A stretch of 17,449 nt of DNA from a bacterium (GCA_049472355.1 JBLIRP010000078.1:1-17449); one strand, 5' to 3'. Numbered from the stretch's first letter, positions 1 to 8,671 are shown. Notes: generated by a model from the letters alone, not told the origin. Numbers and translations: made by a program.

Positions 1-521
1 AAATGACCAGGGACATCGCCATCAGCATCAATGCCACCGCTGGAGAGACCTTTATCATTCCCGAGCCGGAGATCCCCGAAGAGGTGGCAACCGTCCCCGG
101 CATCGACGGCCAGAAGATGTCGAAATCCTATGATAATACCATAAAGATCTTCTGTACCGAGGAGGAGCTGCGGGAACGCGTGATGTGCATCAAAACGGAT
201 TCAACACCGGTCATGGCGCCGAAGAACCCCGACACGTGCATCCTGTTTGCCATATACTCGCTCTTCGTGGATGAGCAGCAGAGGGAACAGCTCAGGGATC
301 GCTACCTGACACCCGGCTTGAAATACAGCGATGTAAAAAAGGAGTTGTTCTCGCTCATCTGGGAGTATTTTTCCCCGTACCGGAAGCGGCGGGAAGCGCT
401 TGTGAACGATCGAGACGCCGTTCACTCGATCCTCACCCAGGGTGCCCGGAAGGCGCGTGAAATAGGAAGTGAATTCCTTTCCAAGGCCCGCCATAACGCG
501 GGTCTGGATTACTGGACCTGA
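1..521 (+). CDS. trpS: Tryptophanyl-tRNA synthetase, C-terminal part (5'-truncated by the window edge)
   Basis: Class I KMSKS motif in PGIDGQKMSKSYDNTI; TRDIA, TDS and YxDxKKEL/GARKAR patterns typical of TrpRS. The Met at position 3 is almost certainly internal. Stop TGA 519-521. Confidence 0.95.
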   Translation, partial: MTRDIAISINATAGETFIIPEPEIPEEVATVPGIDGQKMSKSYDNTIKIFCTEEELRERVMCIKTDSTPVMAPKNPDTCILFAIYSLFVDEQQREQLRDRYLTPGLKYSDVKKELFSLIWEYFSPYRKRREALVNDRDAVHSILTQGARKAREIGSEFLSKARHNAGLDYWT

Positions 522-726
522 AGAGGAAGCCTTCCCCGTATGAGGCCTCTTTGCCTGAATTTGCCGGGAAGTTGGTGAAAAGGCCATTCTCGCTCCCCTA
601 AACGGCCATGATCTTTCGATCACAACGAGGCATGAAAATAAATAAAACACGAGCTTGCTGGATTATTTTCATATAAAGCGTCAAGGAGATACCCCGCCCG
701 AATCCCCTCTCCTGATCGATCCCTAT

Positions 727-743
727 CTGGCATGGATTGTGCA
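727..743 (+). promoter_or_regulatory. Candidate sigma54 (-24/-12) promoter upstream of the K+-channel-family gene
   Basis: CTGGCATGGATTGTGCA has exact GG-N10-GC spacing and resembles TGGCAC-N5-TTGCW; it lies in the intergenic gap, oriented toward the gene at 834/861. Confidence 0.5.
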
Positions 744-790
744 TAGTATTCTTCTTCGTGAGTGCAATGGCTATCTTTATTCCATGCGTA

Positions 791-814
791 AGGAGAATGG
801 CAAACCATTTTCCT
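791..814. other. 10-bp hairpin/palindrome in the leader of the channel gene
   Basis: AGGAGAATGG-CAAA-CCATTTTCCT pairs fully with one G-U; no U-tract follows. Confidence 0.5.
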
Positions 815-833
815 GAAATAGGCCGATAAATAT

Positions 834-1826
834 ATGGACATGAATAAAAAGGGCGGCGTAATGGGAACCACACTCCCCACTACACACGAGTCACCTACCG
901 AATCAACGGACCGGCCTTCCTGCAAGGAGAACAAGATAGTACTGGAAGGCTACATGAGTCCGGATCTCGATCCCGTCATTCCCGAGCAGGTACGCAACCT
1001 TGAGGATCACGCAAGAAAGGAAATGCTCCTCCGGCATTTCGAGATTTCAGGAAAACAGTTTCATAATCTTGCAAACTGGTACGAGGGGCAGAACGAATCC
1101 ATCTTCAGGAATAAATGGGAGAAGGCCGGAAATCTTCACTTCATGTCCGCGGAGTGCTTTGCTGCGTGTGCCGAAAACGAGATATCAGGCGAGAATTGGC
1201 ATGAGCTTGCCGGGCTCGAATACTGCCGGGCGGTTGAATGCTACCTCAACAATCCCGAGGATATTTATTTTCACCGCGAGGCCTTCGTAATGGGGATCAG
1301 GCAGTTCAAAATGATCCAAAGCGATGGTCAAACCAGCCGATTCACCCGGGACGAAGAGGCCGGCAAGCTGAGTCATCATCTCATCGATGTGAAATACAAA
1401 AAGATACTCCGCATGCTGGAGGAGCGGGACTTCGCCCGCGAATACAGCCGGCTGACCATCGAACATACCAAGTGGAAGGCAAAGATCAGCACCAGTACGT
1501 TTCAGAAGCTTTGGTACTGGTTCTGGGGGCTCACGAGCAATTACGGGACCAGCGTGATCCGATGGATCGTCTGGTGTCTTTTTGTGATCAGTTTTTATAC
1601 ATGCTTCTACTTTTTTACCTACCTGGAGACGGACCGGGGGCTCACCGGCTTCAGCCGGATCATAGAGCGGTTCTATTTCAGCGTGGTGACCTTCACCACC
1701 CTGGGATTTGGCGATATCCTTCCGCAGACCAGCTTCGGCATGTGCCTGGTCATCACCGAGGTGCTCATCGGGAACCTCATGTTCTGGGTGATGATGACCA
1801 TCCTGGGCAAAAAGATATTCCATTAG
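834..1826 (+). CDS. Potassium-channel-family (2TM + pore loop) protein with an uncharacterised helical N-terminal domain
   Basis: C-terminal hydrophobic helix, then FYFSVVTFTTLGFGDILP (selectivity-filter motif, nt 1689-1715), then a second hydrophobic helix; preceded by TSNYGTS. Start may be ATG 861 (after AAGGGCGGCGTA). Confidence 0.8.
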   Translation: MDMNKKGGVMGTTLPTTHESPTESTDRPSCKENKIVLEGYMSPDLDPVIPEQVRNLEDHARKEMLLRHFEISGKQFHNLANWYEGQNESIFRNKWEKAGNLHFMSAECFAACAENEISGENWHELAGLEYCRAVECYLNNPEDIYFHREAFVMGIRQFKMIQSDGQTSRFTRDEEAGKLSHHLIDVKYKKILRMLEERDFAREYSRLTIEHTKWKAKISTSTFQKLWYWFWGLTSNYGTSVIRWIVWCLFVISFYTCFYFFTYLETDRGLTGFSRIIERFYFSVVTFTTLGFGDILPQTSFGMCLVITEVLIGNLMFWVMMTILGKKIFH

Positions 1827-4432
1827 GAGAGGATCTGCTTCCATTCATTGAGCTTTTTCAGTGCGTTGAGGGGGGAAAGCCTCGTCTGGTCGAGATCCCT
1901 CAACTCCTGGAGGATATGCGCAGCCGGGTCGCTGAACAGGGTGAGCTGCACCGGACGGCACCGGACCTTCTCGCGCGTGACCGGCGTTGAACGTGAAAAC
2001 TCGATGCCCTTGCTGTCCTCCATCCCCTCCATGATCTGCCATGCCCGCTCTATAACCTCCAAGGGGAGGCTCGCCAGCTTGGCCACATGCACCCCGTAGC
2101 TTCGATCGCTGCACCCCTCGATGACCTGGTAGAGAAAGACCACCTCTTCCCGTTCCTCGTGCACCAGGATGGTATAATTTCGCGCACGTGCGAGATAATT
2201 GGGCAGTTCGGTCAATTCGTGATAGTGGGTGGCGAAGAGCGTCCGGGAACCCAGGGCCTCGTGGCTGTGGATATACTCGGCAACGGCCCATGCAATGCTG
2301 ATTCCGTCATAGGTGCTGGTCCCCCTTCCGATCTCGTCCATGATGATCAGGCTTCTCCTGGTTGCCTGGTGGAGAATGCCGGCGGTCTCGATCATCTCGA
2401 CCATAAAGGTGCTCTGGCCTTTGTAGAGGCGGTCGGAGGCGCCAACACGGGTGAATATGCGATCCACCAGGCCGAGGTGGGCACGCTGCGCCGGGACAAA
2501 GGAACCGATCTGGGCCATGAGCACGATGAGCGCCACCTGCCGCATATAGGTCGATTTTCCGGCCATGTTCGGCCCGGTGAGGATAATGAGCTGCCGAAGA
2601 TCGCAGTCCATATGGGTGTCGTTGGGCACAAAGGGCCGCTCCTGCCCCCTGGACTCCAGGACCGGGTGCCGTCCCTGGGTGATTTCCAGGGCCAGGGAGA
2701 GGTCAATATGCGGTCTCGTATAATTCCGCCGTGCCGCCACCTCCGCGAGGCTGATAAGACAATCCAATCGGGCCAGGGCCATCGAGGTCTCCTGTATGGC
2801 GGGGATATGAGGGATGAGGGATGCCAGGAGGGCATCATAGATCTCCCGCTCCAGTTTGAGGATTCGTTCCTCGGCGCCCAGCACCTCGCCCTCGAACCGT
2901 TTCAGCTCCTCGGTGATGAAACGCTCGCCGTTTACCAGGGTCTGTTTGCGGATATAATCGGCAGGCACATGGGGGAGATTCGCCTTGGTTACCTCGATGT
3001 AATATCCGAATACCTTATTGTAACCGATCTTGAGCGACGAGATACCCGTCCGCTTACGCTCCTTTGACTCCAGGCCGGCAATCCATTGCTTTCCATGAAG
3101 CGTGATATCGTAAAGCCGGTCCAGCTCGTCATGCACCCCCCTCTTTATAAGTCCCGTCTTGATGGTTGATGACGGGGGAGCATCCGCAAGAACGGAATCG
3201 ATCGCATCGTACACCTCCCGGAGCGGATGGCATTGGTCGGTGAGCCGCCTCAAAAGCACAGCCGTGAGAAGACCCGCCTGGTTGCGTATCTCCCGGACCG
3301 GTGGAATCGACGCCTTCAAGGCCAGCAGATTTTGCGGGGTGGCGATTCCCACGGCAATCCTGCCGCAGATTCGTTCCAGATCGTACAGCCCCTTTAAAAG
3401 CCCCTTTATCCGTTCACGTACATCATTGCAGTGCATCAATTCCTGCACGCCGTCAAGCCGGTCATTGATGGCCGTGTGAGTGATCAAGGGATGGAGGACC
3501 CAATCCTTCAGACATCGGGCCCCCATGGCCGTGATGGTCTCATCCAGAACATGCAGGAGCGTGCCCTCGCGTGTCCCGCCCTCGATATTTTTTACCAGCT
3601 CGAGGTTGGTAAGGGTGGCCTGATCCAGCATCATGTGTTCGCTGGTGTCATAGAAGAGCGGGGGACGGACGTGACTCAGCGCCCTTTTTTGTGTGTGCCG
3701 CAGATAGAGGATCAGACCCGCTGATGCGATGCAGGCAAACGGTCGCTCATTCAGGCCGAGGACCTCGATCTGCCGGATGGAAAAAAATTCCTTCAATACA
3801 TCGACGGCCTTGCCGATGTCGATGGGCTCGATCAGGGAGAGGTGACGAGAAAAGGTGCGCAGGACCTCCTGAGCAGCGGGATCGCCGGTAGTGTGGGGAA
3901 GCAGGATCTCCTTCGGCTCCAGCCTGTTCAGCTCCCCCTGCAACCGGGGGAGGTAATCGGAGCCGACCTGCTCGGTGGTGCGGAACTCCCCGGTGGTGAG
4001 GTCGAGGAAGGCCATACCAAGCCCCGCGTCGCACGGGAACACGGAGGCGAGAAAGCTGTTCTCCCTTTCATTGAGCAGATCCGACTCCAGTATGGTCCCC
4101 GGTGTGATCAGGCGGACGACATCCCGTTTTACGATCCCCTTTGCCTTTTTCGGGTCCTCGAGCTGCTCGCAGACCGCAACCTTCAAGCCGCTTTCGAGGA
4201 GCCGCTTGATATAGATCTGGGCGGAGTGATAGGGCACGCCGCACAGGGGCGTGGCATCATCCTTTTTCTTGTCCCGTGAGGTGAGCGTTATGTTGAGGAT
4301 CTTTGATGCGGTTATGGCGTCCTGGCCGAACATCTCATAGAAGTCACCCAGGCGAAAAAAGAGGATACAATCATGATATGCCGCCTTGATGGAGGCATAC
4401 TGTCTCATCAAGGGGGTTTCTTTGGAATCCAT
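1823..4432 (-). CDS. mutS: DNA mismatch repair protein MutS
   Basis: TPLMRQY and GDFYE mismatch-binding motifs, Walker A GPNMAGKST, STFMVEM, Walker B DEIGRGT, FATHY, C-terminal QLTLF clamp-binding motif; 869 aa. Confidence 0.99.
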   Translation of the reverse strand: MDSKETPLMRQYASIKAAYHDCILFFRLGDFYEMFGQDAITASKILNITLTSRDKKKDDATPLCGVPYHSAQIYIKRLLESGLKVAVCEQLEDPKKAKGIVKRDVVRLITPGTILESDLLNERENSFLASVFPCDAGLGMAFLDLTTGEFRTTEQVGSDYLPRLQGELNRLEPKEILLPHTTGDPAAQEVLRTFSRHLSLIEPIDIGKAVDVLKEFFSIRQIEVLGLNERPFACIASAGLILYLRHTQKRALSHVRPPLFYDTSEHMMLDQATLTNLELVKNIEGGTREGTLLHVLDETITAMGARCLKDWVLHPLITHTAINDRLDGVQELMHCNDVRERIKGLLKGLYDLERICGRIAVGIATPQNLLALKASIPPVREIRNQAGLLTAVLLRRLTDQCHPLREVYDAIDSVLADAPPSSTIKTGLIKRGVHDELDRLYDITLHGKQWIAGLESKERKRTGISSLKIGYNKVFGYYIEVTKANLPHVPADYIRKQTLVNGERFITEELKRFEGEVLGAEERILKLEREIYDALLASLIPHIPAIQETSMALARLDCLISLAEVAARRNYTRPHIDLSLALEITQGRHPVLESRGQERPFVPNDTHMDCDLRQLIILTGPNMAGKSTYMRQVALIVLMAQIGSFVPAQRAHLGLVDRIFTRVGASDRLYKGQSTFMVEMIETAGILHQATRRSLIIMDEIGRGTSTYDGISIAWAVAEYIHSHEALGSRTLFATHYHELTELPNYLARARNYTILVHEEREEVVFLYQVIEGCSDRSYGVHVAKLASLPLEVIERAWQIMEGMEDSKGIEFSRSTPVTREKVRCRPVQLTLFSDPAAHILQELRDLDQTRLSPLNALKKLNEWKQILS

Positions 4433-5604
4433 CAGGAATCTTCAGTGACAAATGTGTCCCACTCCTTGCATTGTGGGCACTTCCAAATGATTTCAGCGGT
4501 TTTGTAGCCGCATTTGCTGCAGCGGAAAAGGCTCTTTTGCTCACCCATCTCTTCGATGATGCCCCTGTACTCGGCAATGGCCTCCCGCTCCATGTTTTCC
4601 TTCAAGAGGATCTCGCCCAATTTCTGGCGTATGCTCGATTGCCCCAGTGAAAATCGAAGGCCTTCCTTCAACTCCTGAATCGCCTTCTTGCTCGAGCCCT
4701 TCTTTTGATAATAATCCGCAAGGATCAAACGGGTGTCGTAATCCTCCGGCCTCTTGCCGATGACCTCGCGATAGATTGTTTCGATGTGGTCATAGTTGCC
4801 CCGTTTGAGGTAACCCTTTTCAAGCCGTTCATACACCATGCGGCTGAAGGGCAGGTCGTTATGAATGATCTCTTCCCAGGTCGAGATCGCCTGGCCGAGC
4901 TTTTCCTCCGCAAAATAGATATCACCCAGCACAAGGTACGCCTCCGTGCACCGTTTATTGAGCCCGATTGCCCGCTTCAGCTCCTTTTTTGCCTGGCCGG
5001 TGTCCCCTTTGGCGGAGATCTCCTTTCCCAACTCGGTAACGATGTGTGCGAGAAGGGGTGACATATCGGTTCTGGTCAGCTTTTGGACCAGGCTTGCCTC
5101 ATCGAAGGCATTCTGCCAATCCTTTTCCTCTTCGTACAGCTTTACCAGTTCCCGGTGCGCAAGCATGTTTTTGGGATGAAGGGAGATGAGCTGCTGGAAC
5201 GTTGCGATTGCGCGGTCAAAGAAACCGGCTGCGGAAAAATCCAGACCGAGGTCCATAAGGGCGGACTCCTTGATATCCGGCTTGAGATTGGGTCGTAAAA
5301 GGATGCTCTGATGAATGCGTATCGCCCGTTCGATTTCCCCCTTTTCCCGGAACAGGTTGCCCAGGTTGATATATATCTCCACCGTATTGGTGTTTATCTT
5401 GACCGCCTTGGTAAACTCTGCAATGGCCTTGTCCGGCTCATTAGAAATGATGTATTTGAGCCCCTTGATGTACGCACCCTTTTCCGGCTCCTGGTTGTAG
5501 TGGGAGTCCGATGCCTTGGCGGAGCGCAGAAGATAGTGTCCCAGCGCTATGCCCAAGATAAAGGCAATGGAAGCAGCGAGAATCGTTACCGTGTATCCGT
5601 TCAT
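4432..5604 (-). CDS. lapB: Lipopolysaccharide assembly protein B (YciM/LapB family)
   Basis: N-terminal TM helix, TPR repeats (LGNLFREKGEIERAIRIHQ), C-terminal rubredoxin-like CSKCG...WKCPQCKEWDT; its stop overlaps the mutS start (TGATG). Confidence 0.92.
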   Translation of the reverse strand: MNGYTVTILAASIAFILGIALGHYLLRSAKASDSHYNQEPEKGAYIKGLKYIISNEPDKAIAEFTKAVKINTNTVEIYINLGNLFREKGEIERAIRIHQSILLRPNLKPDIKESALMDLGLDFSAAGFFDRAIATFQQLISLHPKNMLAHRELVKLYEEEKDWQNAFDEASLVQKLTRTDMSPLLAHIVTELGKEISAKGDTGQAKKELKRAIGLNKRCTEAYLVLGDIYFAEEKLGQAISTWEEIIHNDLPFSRMVYERLEKGYLKRGNYDHIETIYREVIGKRPEDYDTRLILADYYQKKGSSKKAIQELKEGLRFSLGQSSIRQKLGEILLKENMEREAIAEYRGIIEEMGEQKSLFRCSKCGYKTAEIIWKCPQCKEWDTFVTEDS

Positions 5605-5605
5605 A

Positions 5606-5938
5606 TCAGACAGGTTCCGGCATGGCGGTTTCTTCCTGGTCCTCGGTGATCGGAAGGTTACGCAGTGAAACCAGCTCCTTCTCCATCTGTGCGATCCTTT
5701 TCCTGTGCTGCTGGAGGACGCGCTTGAGCTGGGCGTGCTTCACCAGGTAGCAGCAGGCGCAGAGGAATATGCCGAAGAAGAAATCGGCCAGGAGGATAAC
5801 GTACAGGGATATCGGACTGGTTTCATACAAAAAGTAACGTATGGAGTATCTCTCTTGGATGATCCATTGATTCTGAAGGATGAAGGTTACCGCCAATATA
5901 ACCAGGAGAATAAACAGGATCATTTTGAGCATTTGCAT
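5606..5938 (-). CDS. lapA: LapA-family membrane protein (110 aa)
   Basis: Re-started at ATG 5938 (GGAG RBS 9 nt upstream) instead of the tracked 6136; two TM helices around FILQN, then coiled coil ending ELVSLRNLP; directly upstream of lapB. Confidence 0.85.
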   Translation of the reverse strand: MQMLKMILFILLVILAVTFILQNQWIIQERYSIRYFLYETSPISLYVILLADFFFGIFLCACCYLVKHAQLKRVLQQHRKRIAQMEKELVSLRNLPITEDQEETAMPEPV

Positions 5939-5960
5939 CGGACCATCTCCTATCGGACTT

Positions 5961-6452
5961 TTATTTTGTTTCATCTGCCTCGAATCCCGGTAAAAGGGTG
6001 TCGAAGGTCTTCTTGAGGTGCTGGGGCATGACCTTTGTCTCGGCAAGCACCGGCATGAAATTGGTGTCACCCTGCCATCGCGGGACAACATGAATATGGA
6101 TGTGGTCGATAATACCCGCCCCTGCAACACTTCCAAGATTGAGCCCGATATTGAAACCCTCCGGTCGACAGGTCGCGGATAACACCCTTACCCCCTTCTG
6201 GACAAGGCCCATCATGTCGCACATCTCCTCCTCGCGGAGTTCCGTCAGGGCCCCCACATGCCTCTTCGGCGCAATCATCAGGTGGCCGTTATTGTAAGGA
6301 TAGAGGTTCAACAACACAAAACTCAGCCCGCTCCGGTGGAGGATGTAATTTTCCTCGTCCCTTCCCTCTGAATATTTTCGACAGAAAAGGCACCCCGATA
6401 ATGGTTCTTTCTGGATATACTCCATGCGCCATGGCGCCCAAATCGTATTCAT
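5961..6452 (-). CDS. HIT-family nucleotide hydrolase/phosphorylase (Ap4A phosphorylase/Fhit-like)
   Basis: IWAPWRMEYI, CLFC, LNLYPYNNGH, GFNIGLN and histidine triad HIHIHVVPRW; ATG 6452 preferred over TTG 6458. Confidence 0.93.
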   Translation of the reverse strand: MNTIWAPWRMEYIQKEPLSGCLFCRKYSEGRDEENYILHRSGLSFVLLNLYPYNNGHLMIAPKRHVGALTELREEEMCDMMGLVQKGVRVLSATCRPEGFNIGLNLGSVAGAGIIDHIHIHVVPRWQGDTNFMPVLAETKVMPQHLKKTFDTLLPGFEADETK

Positions 6453-6502
6453 ACGCAATCATTGATTTTAGAAGGGAAAATATATGCCATTTTGGTTGTT
6501 AC

Positions 6503-6531
6503 AGTATAGTTTTCTCTCCCGTGAATGTCAA
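6503..6531 (-). promoter_or_regulatory. sigma70 promoter for the HIT-lapA-lapB-mutS operon
   Basis: Minus strand TTGACA (6531-6526), 17-nt spacer, TATACT (6508-6503). Confidence 0.8.
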
Positions 6532-6571
6532 ACATCGCGCAAACGGCTGTGAATAGTTTAAAATCAATTTA

Positions 6572-6600
6572 TTGACTTTCAAAAGCCGATAATATACCCT
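6572..6600 (+). promoter_or_regulatory. sigma70 promoter for the HD-GYP/GGDEF operon
   Basis: TTGACT (6572-6577), 17-nt spacer, TACCCT (6595-6600); AT-rich upstream; RBS AAAGGAG before ATG 6671. Confidence 0.6.
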
Positions 6601-6670
6601 GAGAGTTTAGTTTCCGTAAGGGGACCTTGCGTAAGGGTCCCGAGTATTTGTCTATAAAGGAGCAGGTATA

Positions 6671-8662
6671 ATGTCGACAAAAAGGTCTTTCGGCCTTTCG
6701 CGCCTTTCTTTTCTCGAGCCGTTGAAGGGTCGTCTCTACATCAAGGTCATCCTGCTGATGGTCATGATACTGATAATCTGGATCGGGATTTCGACCTATA
6801 TCTCCGTGTATATGCAGACCAGCCAATTCCTGGAGAATTCCCGCCGCAGGATCATCCTCCTGACCGAGACCATTGAAAACAGCATCGTCCATTCAATGCT
6901 CATCGGAAAACACGAGGATGTGCGGGACCTCCTGGGCACCATCGGTGCGCAGAGCGATATGCGCGACCTCCGTATTGTGACCGAGGATGGCCTCATCCTG
7001 GTGTCTTCAAAGGTGAGCGAAGAGGGCAAAACGCTGACCCTCCCCGATCTGGATCGGGTCAAGGAGGGCGAACGGCAGATCGTGCGGTTTGATTTTGACA
7101 AGAAGCGTGTTTCCATGCTCAAGCCCATAGTGGGAAAGCCCCCCTGCTATGAATGTCACATACCGGATGTCAATATCATGGGCATCCTCGATGTAAACCT
7201 GTCCATTGCATGGATGGCGGTGCCCATCATCGCGACGAGGGCCTTCATGGTCATCTCCGCCATATTCACCCTCGCCCTGATCTCCATATCCATCTATTTC
7301 ATCCTCACCCGTCTCGTGGATCACCCTATCCGAAAACTGATGAAGACGATGGATCTGGTGCGAAAGGGGGATTGGCAGGCCCGGGCGGAGATAACCACGG
7401 AGGATGAAATAGGACGCCTGGGAAACACCTTCAACTTCATGGTCGATGAGATGAATTCCCTTCACGAGGATACACTCAAGAAACAGAAGGCACTGGTCAA
7501 GGCCGAGGAGGAATTGAAGTATAAGCACCAGATCGAGGAACAAAACCGGGTGCTTCAGCGAACCCTCGACATACTGACCACCCTCAACAATATCGGTAAG
7601 GAGATCAATTCAGTCCTGGATATTGAAAAGCTTCTCGAGTCGATCCTTCAGATGTCCACCAAGATACTCAACGCCAACGTCGGGCTGATGATGGTCAAAC
7701 GAAAGGATGGGGAAGGTCTGGAATTGAAATACGTCACCAATGGAGGGCATGACAAGGAGTTCTGGGAGAATTCAATCAATCAGGCAATTTCCCGTCACGT
7801 CTACGAGAGCGGCAAGTCGCTGCTGCTGCCCGATTTCAAGGCGGACGGGCGCTTCAGCGACGGGGACGGAACGTATCTCCCCCATACGGTTCTCTACGTC
7901 CCCCTTCAGGCCAAGGGAAAGGTCATCGGGATCATCGGAATGATCGACCGAAAGGATGAGAGGGGTTTCTCCGTAAGCGATCTGGAGCTTTTAACGACTA
8001 TATCTTGTGAGGCGGCGGTGGCACTCGAGAATTCCAATCTCTACAACGCGCTCAAGAAGAGCTATTTCGATGCCATCACGGCGCTGGTGAATGCGATAGA
8101 GGCCAAGGATCCTTACACCTTCGGCCATTCGGAACGGGTTACCAAGCTTGCCCTTGCCGTCGGCAAGCATCTCAATTTGACTGAAAAAAGCCTGGAGGTC
8201 ATCAGGCATGCAGGCATTCTCCACGACGTAGGCAAGATCGGAGTGAGCCTGAATATTCTGCACAAGACCGTTGATCTGACTGCCGACGAGATGCTGATCA
8301 TTCGGGAGCACTCCCAGATAGGATGCCGCATCATCGATCACATCGATTTTTTGAAGGACGTAAAGGACGGCATTCGCCACCATCACGAAAGGCACGATGG
8401 CAAGGGCTATCCCGATGGCTTGGGGCCGTCGCACATATCCCTCGAGACCAAGATACTCTCGGTGGCGGATTCCTACGATGCGATGACCTCCGACCGCCCG
8501 TACCGCAAGGCACAAAGCCCTGAAAAGGCCATCGAGGAGCTCAGAAAGTGCGCCGGGACCCAGTTTGATCCCAAGGTGGTCGATGCATTCATCCGGGTCT
8601 GGCGTGAACGGTTTGCCGGTCAGGAAGAACAGGAAGAAGTGGTAGAGAAGGAGAAGGAATAG
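6671..8662 (+). CDS. Membrane-bound HD-GYP c-di-GMP phosphodiesterase: TM - periplasmic CxxCH sensor - TM - HAMP - coiled coil - GAF - HD-GYP
   Basis: Two TM helices flank a domain with CYECH (aa 159-163); HAMP DEIGRLGNTFNFM; GAF ending AAVALENSNLY; KDPYTFGHSERV, LHDVGK, HHHERHDGKGYPDGL, VADSYDAMTSDRPYR, GTQFDP. Confidence 0.93.
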   Translation: MSTKRSFGLSRLSFLEPLKGRLYIKVILLMVMILIIWIGISTYISVYMQTSQFLENSRRRIILLTETIENSIVHSMLIGKHEDVRDLLGTIGAQSDMRDLRIVTEDGLILVSSKVSEEGKTLTLPDLDRVKEGERQIVRFDFDKKRVSMLKPIVGKPPCYECHIPDVNIMGILDVNLSIAWMAVPIIATRAFMVISAIFTLALISISIYFILTRLVDHPIRKLMKTMDLVRKGDWQARAEITTEDEIGRLGNTFNFMVDEMNSLHEDTLKKQKALVKAEEELKYKHQIEEQNRVLQRTLDILTTLNNIGKEINSVLDIEKLLESILQMSTKILNANVGLMMVKRKDGEGLELKYVTNGGHDKEFWENSINQAISRHVYESGKSLLLPDFKADGRFSDGDGTYLPHTVLYVPLQAKGKVIGIIGMIDRKDERGFSVSDLELLTTISCEAAVALENSNLYNALKKSYFDAITALVNAIEAKDPYTFGHSERVTKLALAVGKHLNLTEKSLEVIRHAGILHDVGKIGVSLNILHKTVDLTADEMLIIREHSQIGCRIIDHIDFLKDVKDGIRHHHERHDGKGYPDGLGPSHISLETKILSVADSYDAMTSDRPYRKAQSPEKAIEELRKCAGTQFDPKVVDAFIRVWRERFAGQEEQEEVVEKEKE

Positions 8663-8671
8663 GAAGGGAGT

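Noticed and set aside
521..552. Rho-independent terminator after trpS
   Set aside because: Only a weak bulged stem (AAGAG/CTCTT, GCCT/AGGC) with a large loop and short U-run.
797..835. c-di-GMP-I (GEMM) riboswitch, prompted by GGCAAACC
   Set aside because: The downstream GACGCAAAGC element and second stem are absent.
598..934. Small minus-strand ORFs in the trpS-channel gap
   Set aside because: No motifs or convincing RBS; they overlap the regulatory leader and start of the channel gene.
6474..6490. sigma54 promoter on the minus strand before the HIT gene (TGGCATATATTTTCC)
   Set aside because: The -12 dinucleotide is CC, not GC, and a near-consensus sigma70 promoter already explains the operon.
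8480..8515. HD-GYP as a cGAMP-specific phosphodiesterase
   Set aside because: It retains the canonical RPYR (RxxR/K) motif associated with c-di-GMP; KDPYT suggests an ordinary binuclear-type enzyme.
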